Below, in pieces: positions 1 through 7,277 of a stretch of DNA of 21,713 nt. A model generated the notes under the pieces. It worked only from the letters and a program-made list of their open reading frames with translations. It was not told the origin of the DNA and did no database searches. This stretch comes from an uncultured virus (IMG/VR IMGVR_UViG_3300044825_002216). Its lineage: Duplodnaviria > Heunggongvirae > Uroviricota > Caudoviricetes. The stretch is taken from IMG/VR virus record IMGVR_UViG_3300044825_002216. One strand, 5' to 3'. The stretch's first letter is position 1. The number at the start of each line of letters is the position of its first letter. The translations under genes and the position numbers were made by a program.

Positions 1-684
1 GGTCCCGGCGCTCCGTGGCGCCACGCGGGCAGTCTGAACATCACCCGCATGGGATTGGAGGCGCTCGCGCGCCTCGAACCTCGGTGCGACTCGGGCGAGC
101 TTCACCGCAAGTATCTGGACGAACGCAATACCTTTTGGGGTATTGCGAACGGGGGCCGCTATCTCGCGGCCGATGGGACCGTCCACAAAGTCGGGCGCGC
201 CTCGCGCACGTCGGATCGCCCCGCGTCGGGTGAGTCCGGGCAGGGTGACAGCACCCCGGCCGTCACCCGCACGCCCCGCGAGGCGCTCGCCGCCAAAGTC
301 GAAGGGCTCCTGAAGCACATTCACGACTTGCGCGACTCGCTTGTAGATCACCGCACCGCGGGCGACGTAAAGGGCGCGCTCATGCACGTCGCAATGGAGC
401 TCGGCGCCGTGCTCCCGAAGGTGTCCAATCTGCCCGAGGATTGGGGCCACAAGCCCCGCGAGGCTGCGCAGACGTTCACGTTCACGCCCGGTCAGTCCGT
501 CGTAATCCCCGAAGGCAAGCTGCGGGAGCAGTGCGTCTCCGAAGGGCTCGTCGACGCGGAGGATGCCGCGGAGACGCTCACCATCAAGTCGGTGGTAAAC
601 GACAAGGTAGCCGTCGTGACCACGGCGACGGGCGCTCGCGCCCGTGTGTTCACCCGCTTTCTTCGCCCCGCGGGTACGGCGTGA
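1..684 (+). CDS. Hypothetical protein, probably 5'-truncated
   Basis: The frame of ORF 49..684 is open back to base 1. Its TGA overlaps the next GTG (681). Confidence 0.7.
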   Translation, partial: GPGAPWRHAGSLNITRMGLEALARLEPRCDSGELHRKYLDERNTFWGIANGGRYLAADGTVHKVGRASRTSDRPASGESGQGDSTPAVTRTPREALAAKVEGLLKHIHDLRDSLVDHRTAGDVKGALMHVAMELGAVLPKVSNLPEDWGHKPREAAQTFTFTPGQSVVIPEGKLREQCVSEGLVDAEDAAETLTIKSVVNDKVAVVTTATGARARVFTRFLRPAGTA

Positions 685-905
685 GCCGTACTCGCGTGTA
701 CTGCCGCCGTGTGCTGCTCGACCGCGACGGGTACGTTCGTCGCGGTCAGAGCTTACCTCGCGGCGCCTACTACGGGGTAGGCGCCCCCCTGTACCACTAC
801 GTGCTGCTCGACGGTGAGCGCACGGGCACCGTGCGCGCGGATTCCCGCGCCGATGCGCTCGCCGAAGTCCGGCGGCGCTTTCCTCCCTCTCACAGTCGGG
901 GATAA
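681..905 (+). CDS. Small phage-type hypothetical protein (74 aa)
   Basis: GTGA overlap with the upstream stop. RVLLDRDGY...GAYYGVGAPLY...VRADSR resembles small phage proteins as I recall them; not searched. Confidence 0.7.
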   Translation: MSRTRVYCRRVLLDRDGYVRRGQSLPRGAYYGVGAPLYHYVLLDGERTGTVRADSRADALAEVRRRFPPSHSRG

Positions 906-1116
906 CCCCGGCCGTACCCCCCACGCGGGGGGTTTACGAAGGCCCGTCGGGACACCCCGGCGAGCCCCCGTAAGCCCGACCGTAGGCGTCAATCTCGCGC
1001 CACGTACCGGACTCGAAACATCGGTACGCCACGGCTCCGCACAGCACCCCGAACCCTTCCGACAAGGGTACGCCGGGGTGCGCGCGCGCACCGATGGTGT
1101 GCCTTACCCCGACTGT
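892..1116 (+). ncRNA. Candidate multi-hairpin structured RNA or leader
   Basis: Perfect 10-bp closing helix 892-901/1107-1116 encloses at least five hairpins, several with G-U pairs on the + strand. Confidence 0.45.
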
Positions 1117-1125
1117 AAGGAAGCT

Positions 1126-1350
1126 ATGGGTAAAGATATCACCCCCATCGAGCGCACCTACGCCCGCGCCCTAATCGCAGGGATGGGCTACCTGCCGAGC
1201 GGAGTCTCGGAGACTTCAATCAACGAAACGGCGCTGCTGCTTCGCAGTTACCGGATGCTCAATCCGAAGAGCATCGCCGCTCTCGCGATTCTGGACAGGA
1301 TCGCTGACTTGGCGTCGGGCAAGATTGCTCCCGAAGGGGGTGCGGCGTGA
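1126..1350 (+). CDS. Hypothetical protein (74 aa)
   Basis: AAGGA RBS before ATG 1126. GTGA overlap with the next gene. Confidence 0.65.
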   Translation: MGKDITPIERTYARALIAGMGYLPSGVSETSINETALLLRSYRMLNPKSIAALAILDRIADLASGKIAPEGGAA

Positions 1351-1949
1351 GGCGCGGGAAGGTTCGCTCCCCGGTCGTGCGGCTTGTCCGTCTGGACACC
1401 GGAGAATCCTTCACCGTTGCCGCCGATATGCTCGTGCGGTGCGATGGCGAGTACATGGAAGCCGGGGCGCTTAGTGACCCGGAGCGCATGGTCCGCATTC
1501 CTGACGGCGCAAAAGCGGGGTTTCTCGCGGTACTCCAAACCGAGAAGCCGCTGCGAGACGCTCTCGGGCGCACAGACGGAACCCGGCCCGCCGTTCACTG
1601 GTTCGACGTGCGGGGTGCGCTCTCGATGCCCCGGACTCCCGAACGCGAGCGCACGGTGCCCGGAATCGGCGAGACACCGGCCACGGCCCCTGCTCCCCGC
1701 AAGGGTGCCCGCACGCGCGGCACGGTGAATCTCCAGCACGGTCCGGGGTGGACTGCGATTCGCTGGCCCGCCGACGCGGATCGCAAGCTGCGCGCGCTGG
1801 TGATCGCCTCGCTCCCTACCGAAGCCAACGTCGATAAGGATGGTGGCTTCGTTCGCTACGTCGCGTCGGCGCGGTCGCTCGTGCGCGCCGAGCTGTTGGC
1901 TGCACTAACCGACTGCGGTTTCGCAGTCACACAAGCGGACAAAGCATGA
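1347..1949 (+). CDS. Hypothetical protein
   Basis: 200-aa ORF with stop-start overlaps at both ends. Confidence 0.7.
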   Translation: MRRGKVRSPVVRLVRLDTGESFTVAADMLVRCDGEYMEAGALSDPERMVRIPDGAKAGFLAVLQTEKPLRDALGRTDGTRPAVHWFDVRGALSMPRTPERERTVPGIGETPATAPAPRKGARTRGTVNLQHGPGWTAIRWPADADRKLRALVIASLPTEANVDKDGGFVRYVASARSLVRAELLAALTDCGFAVTQADKA

Positions 1950-2023
1950 TGCACGATACTGATAGCCCCGGTCTCTACGGCATCGCTCGCCTTATCCGCA
2001 GAATCCAGAAGGAGCAGAGATGA
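1946..2023 (+). CDS. 25-aa micro-ORF (MMHDTDSPGLYGIARLIRRIQKEQR)
   Basis: Not in the ORF track. ATGA overlaps at both ends fill the gap between neighbours exactly. Confidence 0.55.
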   Translation: MMHDTDSPGLYGIARLIRRIQKEQR

Positions 2024-2271
2024 CAGTCCATCTGTGCAAGCGCGCGAACGCCATCGCGAAGGAAGCGACCTCATTGCGTGATGCAGCTCACGAGATTGGC
2101 GGTGAGCACGGGTACGACAGCGCCTTGTTCTTAGTCGCCGAGCGCATCGCTGCGGATCATGCCGCGCGCTGGTACTCGCTGCGCCGCAGGATCAACGCGA
2201 TCAACAGCCGCGTGATGCGGCACAACCAGCGCATCGATGGCGGGCGCGGCAAGCGCCGCGTGATCGAGTGA
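2020..2271 (+). CDS. Hypothetical protein
   Basis: AAGGAG RBS and coupled to the next ORF. Confidence 0.7.
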   Translation: MTVHLCKRANAIAKEATSLRDAAHEIGGEHGYDSALFLVAERIAADHAARWYSLRRRINAINSRVMRHNQRIDGGRGKRRVIE

Positions 2272-2537
2272 TGTGCTGGATATCTAACCTGTGGGCGATG
2301 GCGTTCGAGCCCAAGTACCGCAAGCCGTACACCAAGCTGTGTGACGAGCGGTACCTGCTGGAGGACCATCGCATCCCTTCGCTGAAAGGCGACGACGATC
2401 TGAACTTCGTAGCGAGGCGCGTTGCGGCGGACCGCGTGCGAGAGATCGACAGCTCGCACCGCATGCTCAACGCCCGGTTCTCGCGAGAGCTGCGGCGCTT
2501 GCAGCACAAGCACCGAAGAAAGAGGAGTAGGCAATGA
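2268..2537 (+). CDS. Hypothetical basic protein
   Basis: Stop-start overlaps at both ends. Confidence 0.65.
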   Translation: MMCWISNLWAMAFEPKYRKPYTKLCDERYLLEDHRIPSLKGDDDLNFVARRVAADRVREIDSSHRMLNARFSRELRRLQHKHRRKRSRQ

Positions 2538-3286
2538 CGAAAGAAGAAGCGGATCGGCTACTGGCCCTGCCAGAAGCGCAGTTCGAGCAGTACGTGCGGG
2601 ACACCGCCGACGCACAGATTCTCATGGCGCGGGGGCCGGACCGCGCCCCGCTCACCTCGGAGCAGGATCGCAGCGCGGTCCAGAGCATCGTGCGCAACAG
2701 CATCCACGCCATCGCAGGGCAGCCGTGGGTCGAGCAGTACCTCGCGGCGCCTATCGACTGGACTGACCCAGAGCTCATCGAGTGGGTTCGATCCAGGCCG
2801 GAGTCGGTCAAGAAGCTGATACGGGACTTCCCCCCTGGGTGCCTCGTCAAAAGCGCTCCGGGGTACGAACACCGCATTCCAGCGAAGGGCACCGTCGGCG
2901 GCGTGATTGGCTTCCTCGAAAGTGGAAACCTGATCGTGGTCCAAGGGCCCGAAGCCAGGGTCAAGGTGTACGTTCCGCCGCACGAAGTCGAGCTCGCAGC
3001 CACCGTCTCCGGCGGGTCCGTTGGACGTGCGCCGAGCGCTCGGGGAGCTGTCGTGACGGAGCAAGAAGAGTGCGAAGACCTCGCGCTCGAATGCCTCTCG
3101 GCGGTGGTCTGGCTCGCGCCTGAGTCTGTGATCGAACGAGTCGTCGTGGCCGATGCGGAGGGCGACAACTTCACGGGCAAGCGCAAGGCCCTGGCGAAGT
3201 GGGCGGCCAAGGGGCACTCGTGCCGCGAGGTGACGGAGACGGAGTTCGTCACGGTGCTGGCGCTGGGGGCCCGCGATGGCGACTGA
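2534..3286 (+). CDS. Hypothetical protein
   Basis: GAGGAG RBS and ATGA overlap. Ends ALGARDGD*, the same as the next gene. Confidence 0.75.
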   Translation: MTKEEADRLLALPEAQFEQYVRDTADAQILMARGPDRAPLTSEQDRSAVQSIVRNSIHAIAGQPWVEQYLAAPIDWTDPELIEWVRSRPESVKKLIRDFPPGCLVKSAPGYEHRIPAKGTVGGVIGFLESGNLIVVQGPEARVKVYVPPHEVELAATVSGGSVGRAPSARGAVVTEQEECEDLALECLSAVVWLAPESVIERVVVADAEGDNFTGKRKALAKWAAKGHSCREVTETEFVTVLALGARDGD

Positions 3287-3830
3287 CGACACTTGGGAGG
3301 GCTGGGCGGTCTACCCGTGGGATAGCCGGGGCGACACACGGCCCCTCGCGGTGACGCGCGAACGGGACGATGCGGACTGGTTCGACACGGGCCCGGGGAG
3401 CACGGAGGTGCGTCGCGTCCTGGTCATCCTGCGCGACCCCGGCGCGGACGACACGGAGGCCATGCTGGCGGCCCGTGTGGAGGAGCTGGAGGAAGAGCTG
3501 GACAACGCGAAGGACGCCCGGCAAGAGCTGAAGGACACCCGGCGAGAGCTGAAGGACACCCGGCAAGAGCTGAAGGACGCGAAGCGGAAGCACGCCGACT
3601 GGCTGAAGCGCGTGCGCGAGGGCAGCGCGAAGGATCTCGCCAACGCTGAAGCAGACGTGCGGGGCGCGGAGCAACGCCAAGCGCGGGCGGAGACCATCAC
3701 CGAGCTGCGCGACGCGGAGCTGGAAGGCTTCAAGCGCGGGCACGCCTTCCGTGTCGCGGAGCTCCAGGGCATGACCCGCCAGGAGGCGGGCGAGGCGCTC
3801 CGGGCGCTGGGGGCCCGCGATGGCGACTGA
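3276..3830 (+). CDS. Hypothetical coiled-coil protein with heptad repeats
   Basis: 184-aa ORF containing RQELKDT/RRELKDT/RQELKDA. Confidence 0.75.
   Translation: MATDDTWEGWAVYPWDSRGDTRPLAVTRERDDADWFDTGPGSTEVRRVLVILRDPGADDTEAMLAARVEELEEELDNAKDARQELKDTRRELKDTRQELKDAKRKHADWLKRVREGSAKDLANAEADVRGAEQRQARAETITELRDAELEGFKRGHAFRVAELQGMTRQEAGEALRALGARDGD
3509..3580 (+). repeat. 21-bp tandem repeat, ~3.4 copies
   Basis: Unit GAAGGAC(G/A)CCCGGC(A/G)AGAGCT, in frame. Confidence 0.9.
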
Positions 3831-3881
3831 CGACTCCTCGCAGGCTTCACCGCCGACGGACTGCGCGGAGCCTTCGACGCG

Positions 3882-4127
3882 GTGGGTCGTCAGGAAGTCG
3901 TGCTCACGGCTGCCTACGCTAAAACCACGTCGCCTAGCGTGAGGCACGGCTTGTTCGTTGTGCGGTGCGCCTGTGCGATGGGAGCCAAAGCGTACGGCTT
4001 CGGCCCAACCGTCACGCACGAGGGCGATCTGCGCAAAACCATGCAGACCATCCGAAATGCGGTGCGGACCACGATGGCTAAGTTCGGGGTGCCCTGGCCA
4101 GCGCCCGTGCTCCTGCCGAAAGCCTAA
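3882..4127 (+). CDS. Hypothetical protein, start uncertain
   Basis: The frame is open from 3831 but the first GTG is at 3882 with only a weak RBS. Confidence 0.5.
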   Translation: MGRQEVVLTAAYAKTTSPSVRHGLFVVRCACAMGAKAYGFGPTVTHEGDLRKTMQTIRNAVRTTMAKFGVPWPAPVLLPKA

Positions 4128-4158
4128 GCAGGCAGCCAGACTCCCCGGCCCTCGGGGA

Positions 4159-4191
4159 TTGTCATGGTTGTGTCATGGCCGCGTCATAGTT
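4159..4191 (+). promoter_or_regulatory. Three 11-bp-phased GTCAT repeats (Pho-box/OmpR-family-like site)
   Basis: TTGTCATGGTT-GTGTCATGGCC-GCGTCATAGTT, with GTCAT at 4161, 4172 and 4183. Confidence 0.45.
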
Positions 4192-4344
4192 TCACTTGGC
4201 GCGAAAGTGACTCTTTACATCTCGCGGAGGGAATGGCTCCCTTTTGGGGAAACCCCCCCTAGGGGGGGGAAGGGGTCCGGCCTTCTGGCTCTGAGAAGGA
4301 GAGGGTTTCCAAAGGGAGAGGTCTTCCTCTCCCTTTGGATACAA

Positions 4345-4589
4345 GGGTCACGGGAGGGATGCGGAGCCGAAGGCGACTCTGGCATCCCGACCTCTGTGTG
4401 ACCCGATGCCTCCTTCCTGAATTGGAGCTTTCCTTTTCGAGAGCTTCGGAAGGGGGAGCTATGCCCGCGATTCTGCGGGCAGTTTGCTGACGAGCCTGCG
4501 GACCTGAGAACCCGCAGCTCACGAACCACGGCTTGCACGGAGGTCGGAGTACCAGAGTCGCCTTCGGCTCCGTACTCCTCCCGCAAGCC
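4345..4589. repeat. Inverted pair of 60-nt hairpin elements (A 4345-4404, B 4530-4589)
   Basis: The reverse complement of A aligns to B without gaps. 12 of the 13 differences form 6 compensatory pairs. Confidence 0.9.
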
Positions 4590-4766
4590 TATTCCTCAAG
4601 GGAGGGGTACTGCGTACCCCTCCCTTCGGGGAACCCTCCCCGCGCCGGAATCCAGAGCCAGAGTCGTCGGACGCTTCGCGTCCTCCTCTGCCCGGAGCAC
4701 CCCCGCGAATAGCCGAAGGCTTGCCGCGGAAGGTCCAAAGGGTTCCGTACTGTCGAGGTAAGTTTC

Positions 4767-4797
4767 GTCACCCGGTGCGGGGGTTTGCGCACAGAGA
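4767..4797 (+). promoter_or_regulatory. 31-bp promoter-like motif, copy 1
   Basis: GTCACCCGGTGCGGGGGTTTGCGCACAGAGA is 25/31 identical, ungapped, to intergenic 12618-12648. Confidence 0.6.
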
Positions 4798-4960
4798 GGG
4801 TGCGGGTTGTTTTGCCGCCGTTCGCAGTCTGCTCATCCTGGGGCCTCGTGAGGGCCCGCTTCTCCCGATCACGGGAGCTTTAGGGTGAGCAGACTGCGGC
4901 TGGTGCAAGCGTGTGCATCCCGCGTTTCGTTTGCCTGATTGGTAAGAAAGAGAAGCGACA

Positions 4961-6184
4961 ATGGACCTTTCCCTGCTCAAGACCCTGTTCTTCACGAAGA
5001 CCAGCCGCGGCTGGGGCTCGCCCCTGCTGTTCTGGGGACCGCCCGGTGTCGGCAAGACCGGCATCTTGGAGAGCTTCGCCCAATGCCTCACGATCAACGG
5101 CGAGCCGATGCACGTCGAGACGCTCTCCCCCGGTGAGGCGGGTGAGGGCGCCTTCGGCGTCGTGCCCGTGCCCCTGGACAAGGGGGGCGTCAGTTACATC
5201 ACGTACCCCGAGCCGTGGTGGATTCAGAACTTCAAGGGTGACGAGAGCGACGGCGGCCCTGGTGGTCGCGGGATGGTGTTTCTCGACGAGCTGTCGTCGG
5301 CGCCCCCCGCCCTGCACCCGCCCCTGCTCGGGCTGATTCACGCGGGCCGCATCGGTGGTGCCAAGCTCCCCGGCCGCACGCGCATCATCGGTGCTGCGAA
5401 CCCGCCCGAGCTCGCGGCGGCTGGCTTCGATCTCGCCCCGCCGGTCGCGAACCGGCTCGGTCACATGGAGTGGGCGCCTCCGAGCGTCGGGCAGTGGACC
5501 GACTACATGCTGGCGCAGGGCGGCGGCGCGAGCTCCAACATGGTGACCATCGACATCGTGGCCGAGGAGCAGCGCGTCGACGCGGCGTGGGCCGGTGCCT
5601 ACGCGAAGGCGGCGGGGCTCGTGACCGCGTTCCTGCGCTCCCGCGCGCAGCATCTCCACGCCATGCCCAAGGCGGGCGCCGCGTATCTCGACGCGATGCG
5701 CTGGCCTTCGCACCGCTCGTGGTCGAACGCGACCAACGCCTTCGCGAGCTCGATCGTGCAAGGCACCGCGAGCATGTACCGCGACCGTCTGATCGCGGCC
5801 TACGTGGGCCAGGGCATCAGCGAAGAGTTCGCGAATTGGACCGCGACCGCTGACCTTCCTGATCCCGACGAAGTGATGGACGGCAAGATCACCTTCAAGC
5901 ACGAGCCGCACCGTCTCGATCGCACCCTCGCTCTTTCGAGCTCCATGGCGGCGTCGCTCCTCGGCGACGACAACGCGGGTCGCCGCCAGGTTCGCTCGGA
6001 CGCCTTCTGGCGCTTCATCGGGCAGATGGCCGACCAGAGCGCGACCGACCTGGTGATCCCCGGCGTCGGGGCGATCTTGCGGGCCGAGACCGCGAAGCCC
6101 GAGCTTCGCCTCTCGACTACCCGCGAGGGCAATGCGGCGATCTCGAAGATCGCTCCGCACATGAAGGCGGCTGGGCGCATCTAG
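4961..6184 (+). CDS. MoxR-like AAA+ ATPase
   Basis: Walker A GPPGVGKT, Walker B VFLDE, sensor-1 GAANP and DLAPPVANRL arginine-finger segment. A vWA partner lies downstream. Confidence 0.9.
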   Translation: MDLSLLKTLFFTKTSRGWGSPLLFWGPPGVGKTGILESFAQCLTINGEPMHVETLSPGEAGEGAFGVVPVPLDKGGVSYITYPEPWWIQNFKGDESDGGPGGRGMVFLDELSSAPPALHPPLLGLIHAGRIGGAKLPGRTRIIGAANPPELAAAGFDLAPPVANRLGHMEWAPPSVGQWTDYMLAQGGGASSNMVTIDIVAEEQRVDAAWAGAYAKAAGLVTAFLRSRAQHLHAMPKAGAAYLDAMRWPSHRSWSNATNAFASSIVQGTASMYRDRLIAAYVGQGISEEFANWTATADLPDPDEVMDGKITFKHEPHRLDRTLALSSSMAASLLGDDNAGRRQVRSDAFWRFIGQMADQSATDLVIPGVGAILRAETAKPELRLSTTREGNAAISKIAPHMKAAGRI

Positions 6185-6245
6185 CCCCTGTGCTCTCGGT
6201 AGGCCCACGCATGCGCATGCGTGGGCTCTCCGTGAGCACAGGGGC
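6184..6245 (+). promoter_or_regulatory. Intergenic stem-loop, CGGTAG..TCTCCGTGA copy 1
   Basis: 62-bp near-palindrome: outer 12-bp arms and a perfect 24-bp centre at 6203-6226. Confidence 0.75.
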
Positions 6246-6272
6246 CACGGTCGGCTCGTGCGGGAGAAAGTC

Positions 6273-7187
6273 ATGGATGAGGACGACGACTCGATGATTC
6301 CGAAGACGCTGAAGGACGCTGCGCGAATGCTCGACGCGAATGGCGGTCCGCGTCAGCGCTTCTTCGAGCAGAAGATGAAGCCGCTGATCGAGCAGCTCGA
6401 AGCGTTGGCGAACGCCGAGGGCATCCCGTGGGTGAGCGTCATCGAGCTCGATCGAGTGGCCGCGAAGGAGGGTGAAGCCATCGCCTCGGTGTTCACCCTC
6501 GCCGGACAGCGAGACTCGCACGGCAGGATGATTCCGCCGTTGCACCCCGGCATGGTCCTGGCCGCGGAGGCGTGCTGCGGCACTCCAGACCCAGACCTCA
6601 TGCACCTAGGTCGTGTGATGCGCATGAAGGCGAATGAGGGGCTGTGCCCCTGCCCTGCGTGCACGCAGCGGCGTGAGGAGCCCGACGCCAAGCCCGCAGA
6701 GGGCGCGAAGACTTCCTCACCGCTGGTGCAATTCAGCAGTCAGGACATCGCCAGTCTCTTTGCTGAAGTAGCGGCGGTGCGTGTCGAAGGTGAGGTCGTC
6801 ACCGGGCGCCCCGCGAAGGGGCCGAAGGAAGAAGCCTTCGAGAAGGAGCTGGTGCCGCTTATCGAGAATCTGCGAGCGGCGGCGAAGCAGCACGGTGTCC
6901 AAGGCATCTTTGCCTTCGACATCGGGAACGGGGAGCGCATCGAAGAAGGGGTCATCGGTGGCGGTGTCGTGATGGACATGCAGGACATCACGGAGCCGCG
7001 TCTGTTGGCGGCCTCGGGTGTGCTCTTCGGCAATCCAGAGAACTACCCGGTCGCGATGCGGCAGGTAGTGATCGAGTCAGCCAACTTCATCAAGAAGAAG
7101 CGCGACGAGCGCGAACGTGCGGGCAAGGGGGAAACGAAGTTCACGCAGCCGGTCGACCCGAAGGTCAACACGTTCGGCTCGAACTAG
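6273..7187 (+). CDS. Hypothetical protein with two copies of a GP(K/R)..PL(I/M) domain
   Basis: GGGAG RBS before ATG 6273. Internal repeat and a CPCPAC linker. Confidence 0.8.
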   Translation: MDEDDDSMIPKTLKDAARMLDANGGPRQRFFEQKMKPLIEQLEALANAEGIPWVSVIELDRVAAKEGEAIASVFTLAGQRDSHGRMIPPLHPGMVLAAEACCGTPDPDLMHLGRVMRMKANEGLCPCPACTQRREEPDAKPAEGAKTSSPLVQFSSQDIASLFAEVAAVRVEGEVVTGRPAKGPKEEAFEKELVPLIENLRAAAKQHGVQGIFAFDIGNGERIEEGVIGGGVVMDMQDITEPRLLAASGVLFGNPENYPVAMRQVVIESANFIKKKRDERERAGKGETKFTQPVDPKVNTFGSN

Positions 7188-7249
7188 GCGCGAGCTCCGA
7201 CGGTAGAGCGCGCGGCACCAACCACGCGCTTCTCCGTGAGCGCTCGCGT
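7188..7249 (+). promoter_or_regulatory. Intergenic stem-loop, CGGTAG..TCTCCGTGA copy 2
   Basis: CGGTAG 7201-7206, AGCGCG/CGCGCT stem, TCTCCGTGA 7231-7239, outer arms 7188-7195/7242-7249. Confidence 0.7.
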
Positions 7250-7277
7250 TGTGCGAGGGCCTGATCGGGAGAGTGAC

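Larger units (their letters stand above)
3259..3834 (+). repeat. 32-bp perfect direct repeat pair (3259-3290 and 3803-3834)
   Basis: GGCGCTGGGGGCCCGCGATGGCGACTGACGAC occurs twice, each copy spanning a gene end and an ATG. Confidence 0.95.
4128..4960. other. Long structured non-coding control region (origin, ncRNA or leader; unresolved)
   Basis: No credible CDS. Palindrome 4253-4268 and stems at 4308-4339, 4426-4460, 4462-4481, 4598-4626 and 4823-4898. Confidence 0.7.

Noticed and set aside
892..1116. tRNA or tmRNA
   Set aside because: No T-loop GTTCRA in a cloverleaf context and no acceptor stem with a CCA end.
4142..4162. Intrinsic terminator after ORF 3882..4127
   Set aside because: The 6-bp stem is followed only by TTGT, too weak a U-tract to call.
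3958..4586. ORFs 3958..4401 (+) and 4215..4586 (-) sharing GAEGDSG(I/T)PTSV
   Set aside because: The peptide match is a by-product of the inverted DNA element. The substitutions follow base pairing, not codon structure.
4345..4589. Retron a1/a2 repeats or IS/MITE terminal inverted repeats
   Set aside because: No reverse transcriptase or transposase in the window, no evident target-site duplication, and the differences weaken pairing between the two arms.
4880..6274. 464-aa minus-strand ORF
   Set aside because: Antisense shadow of the AAA gene. It has no motifs, and such ORFs are expected at this GC content.
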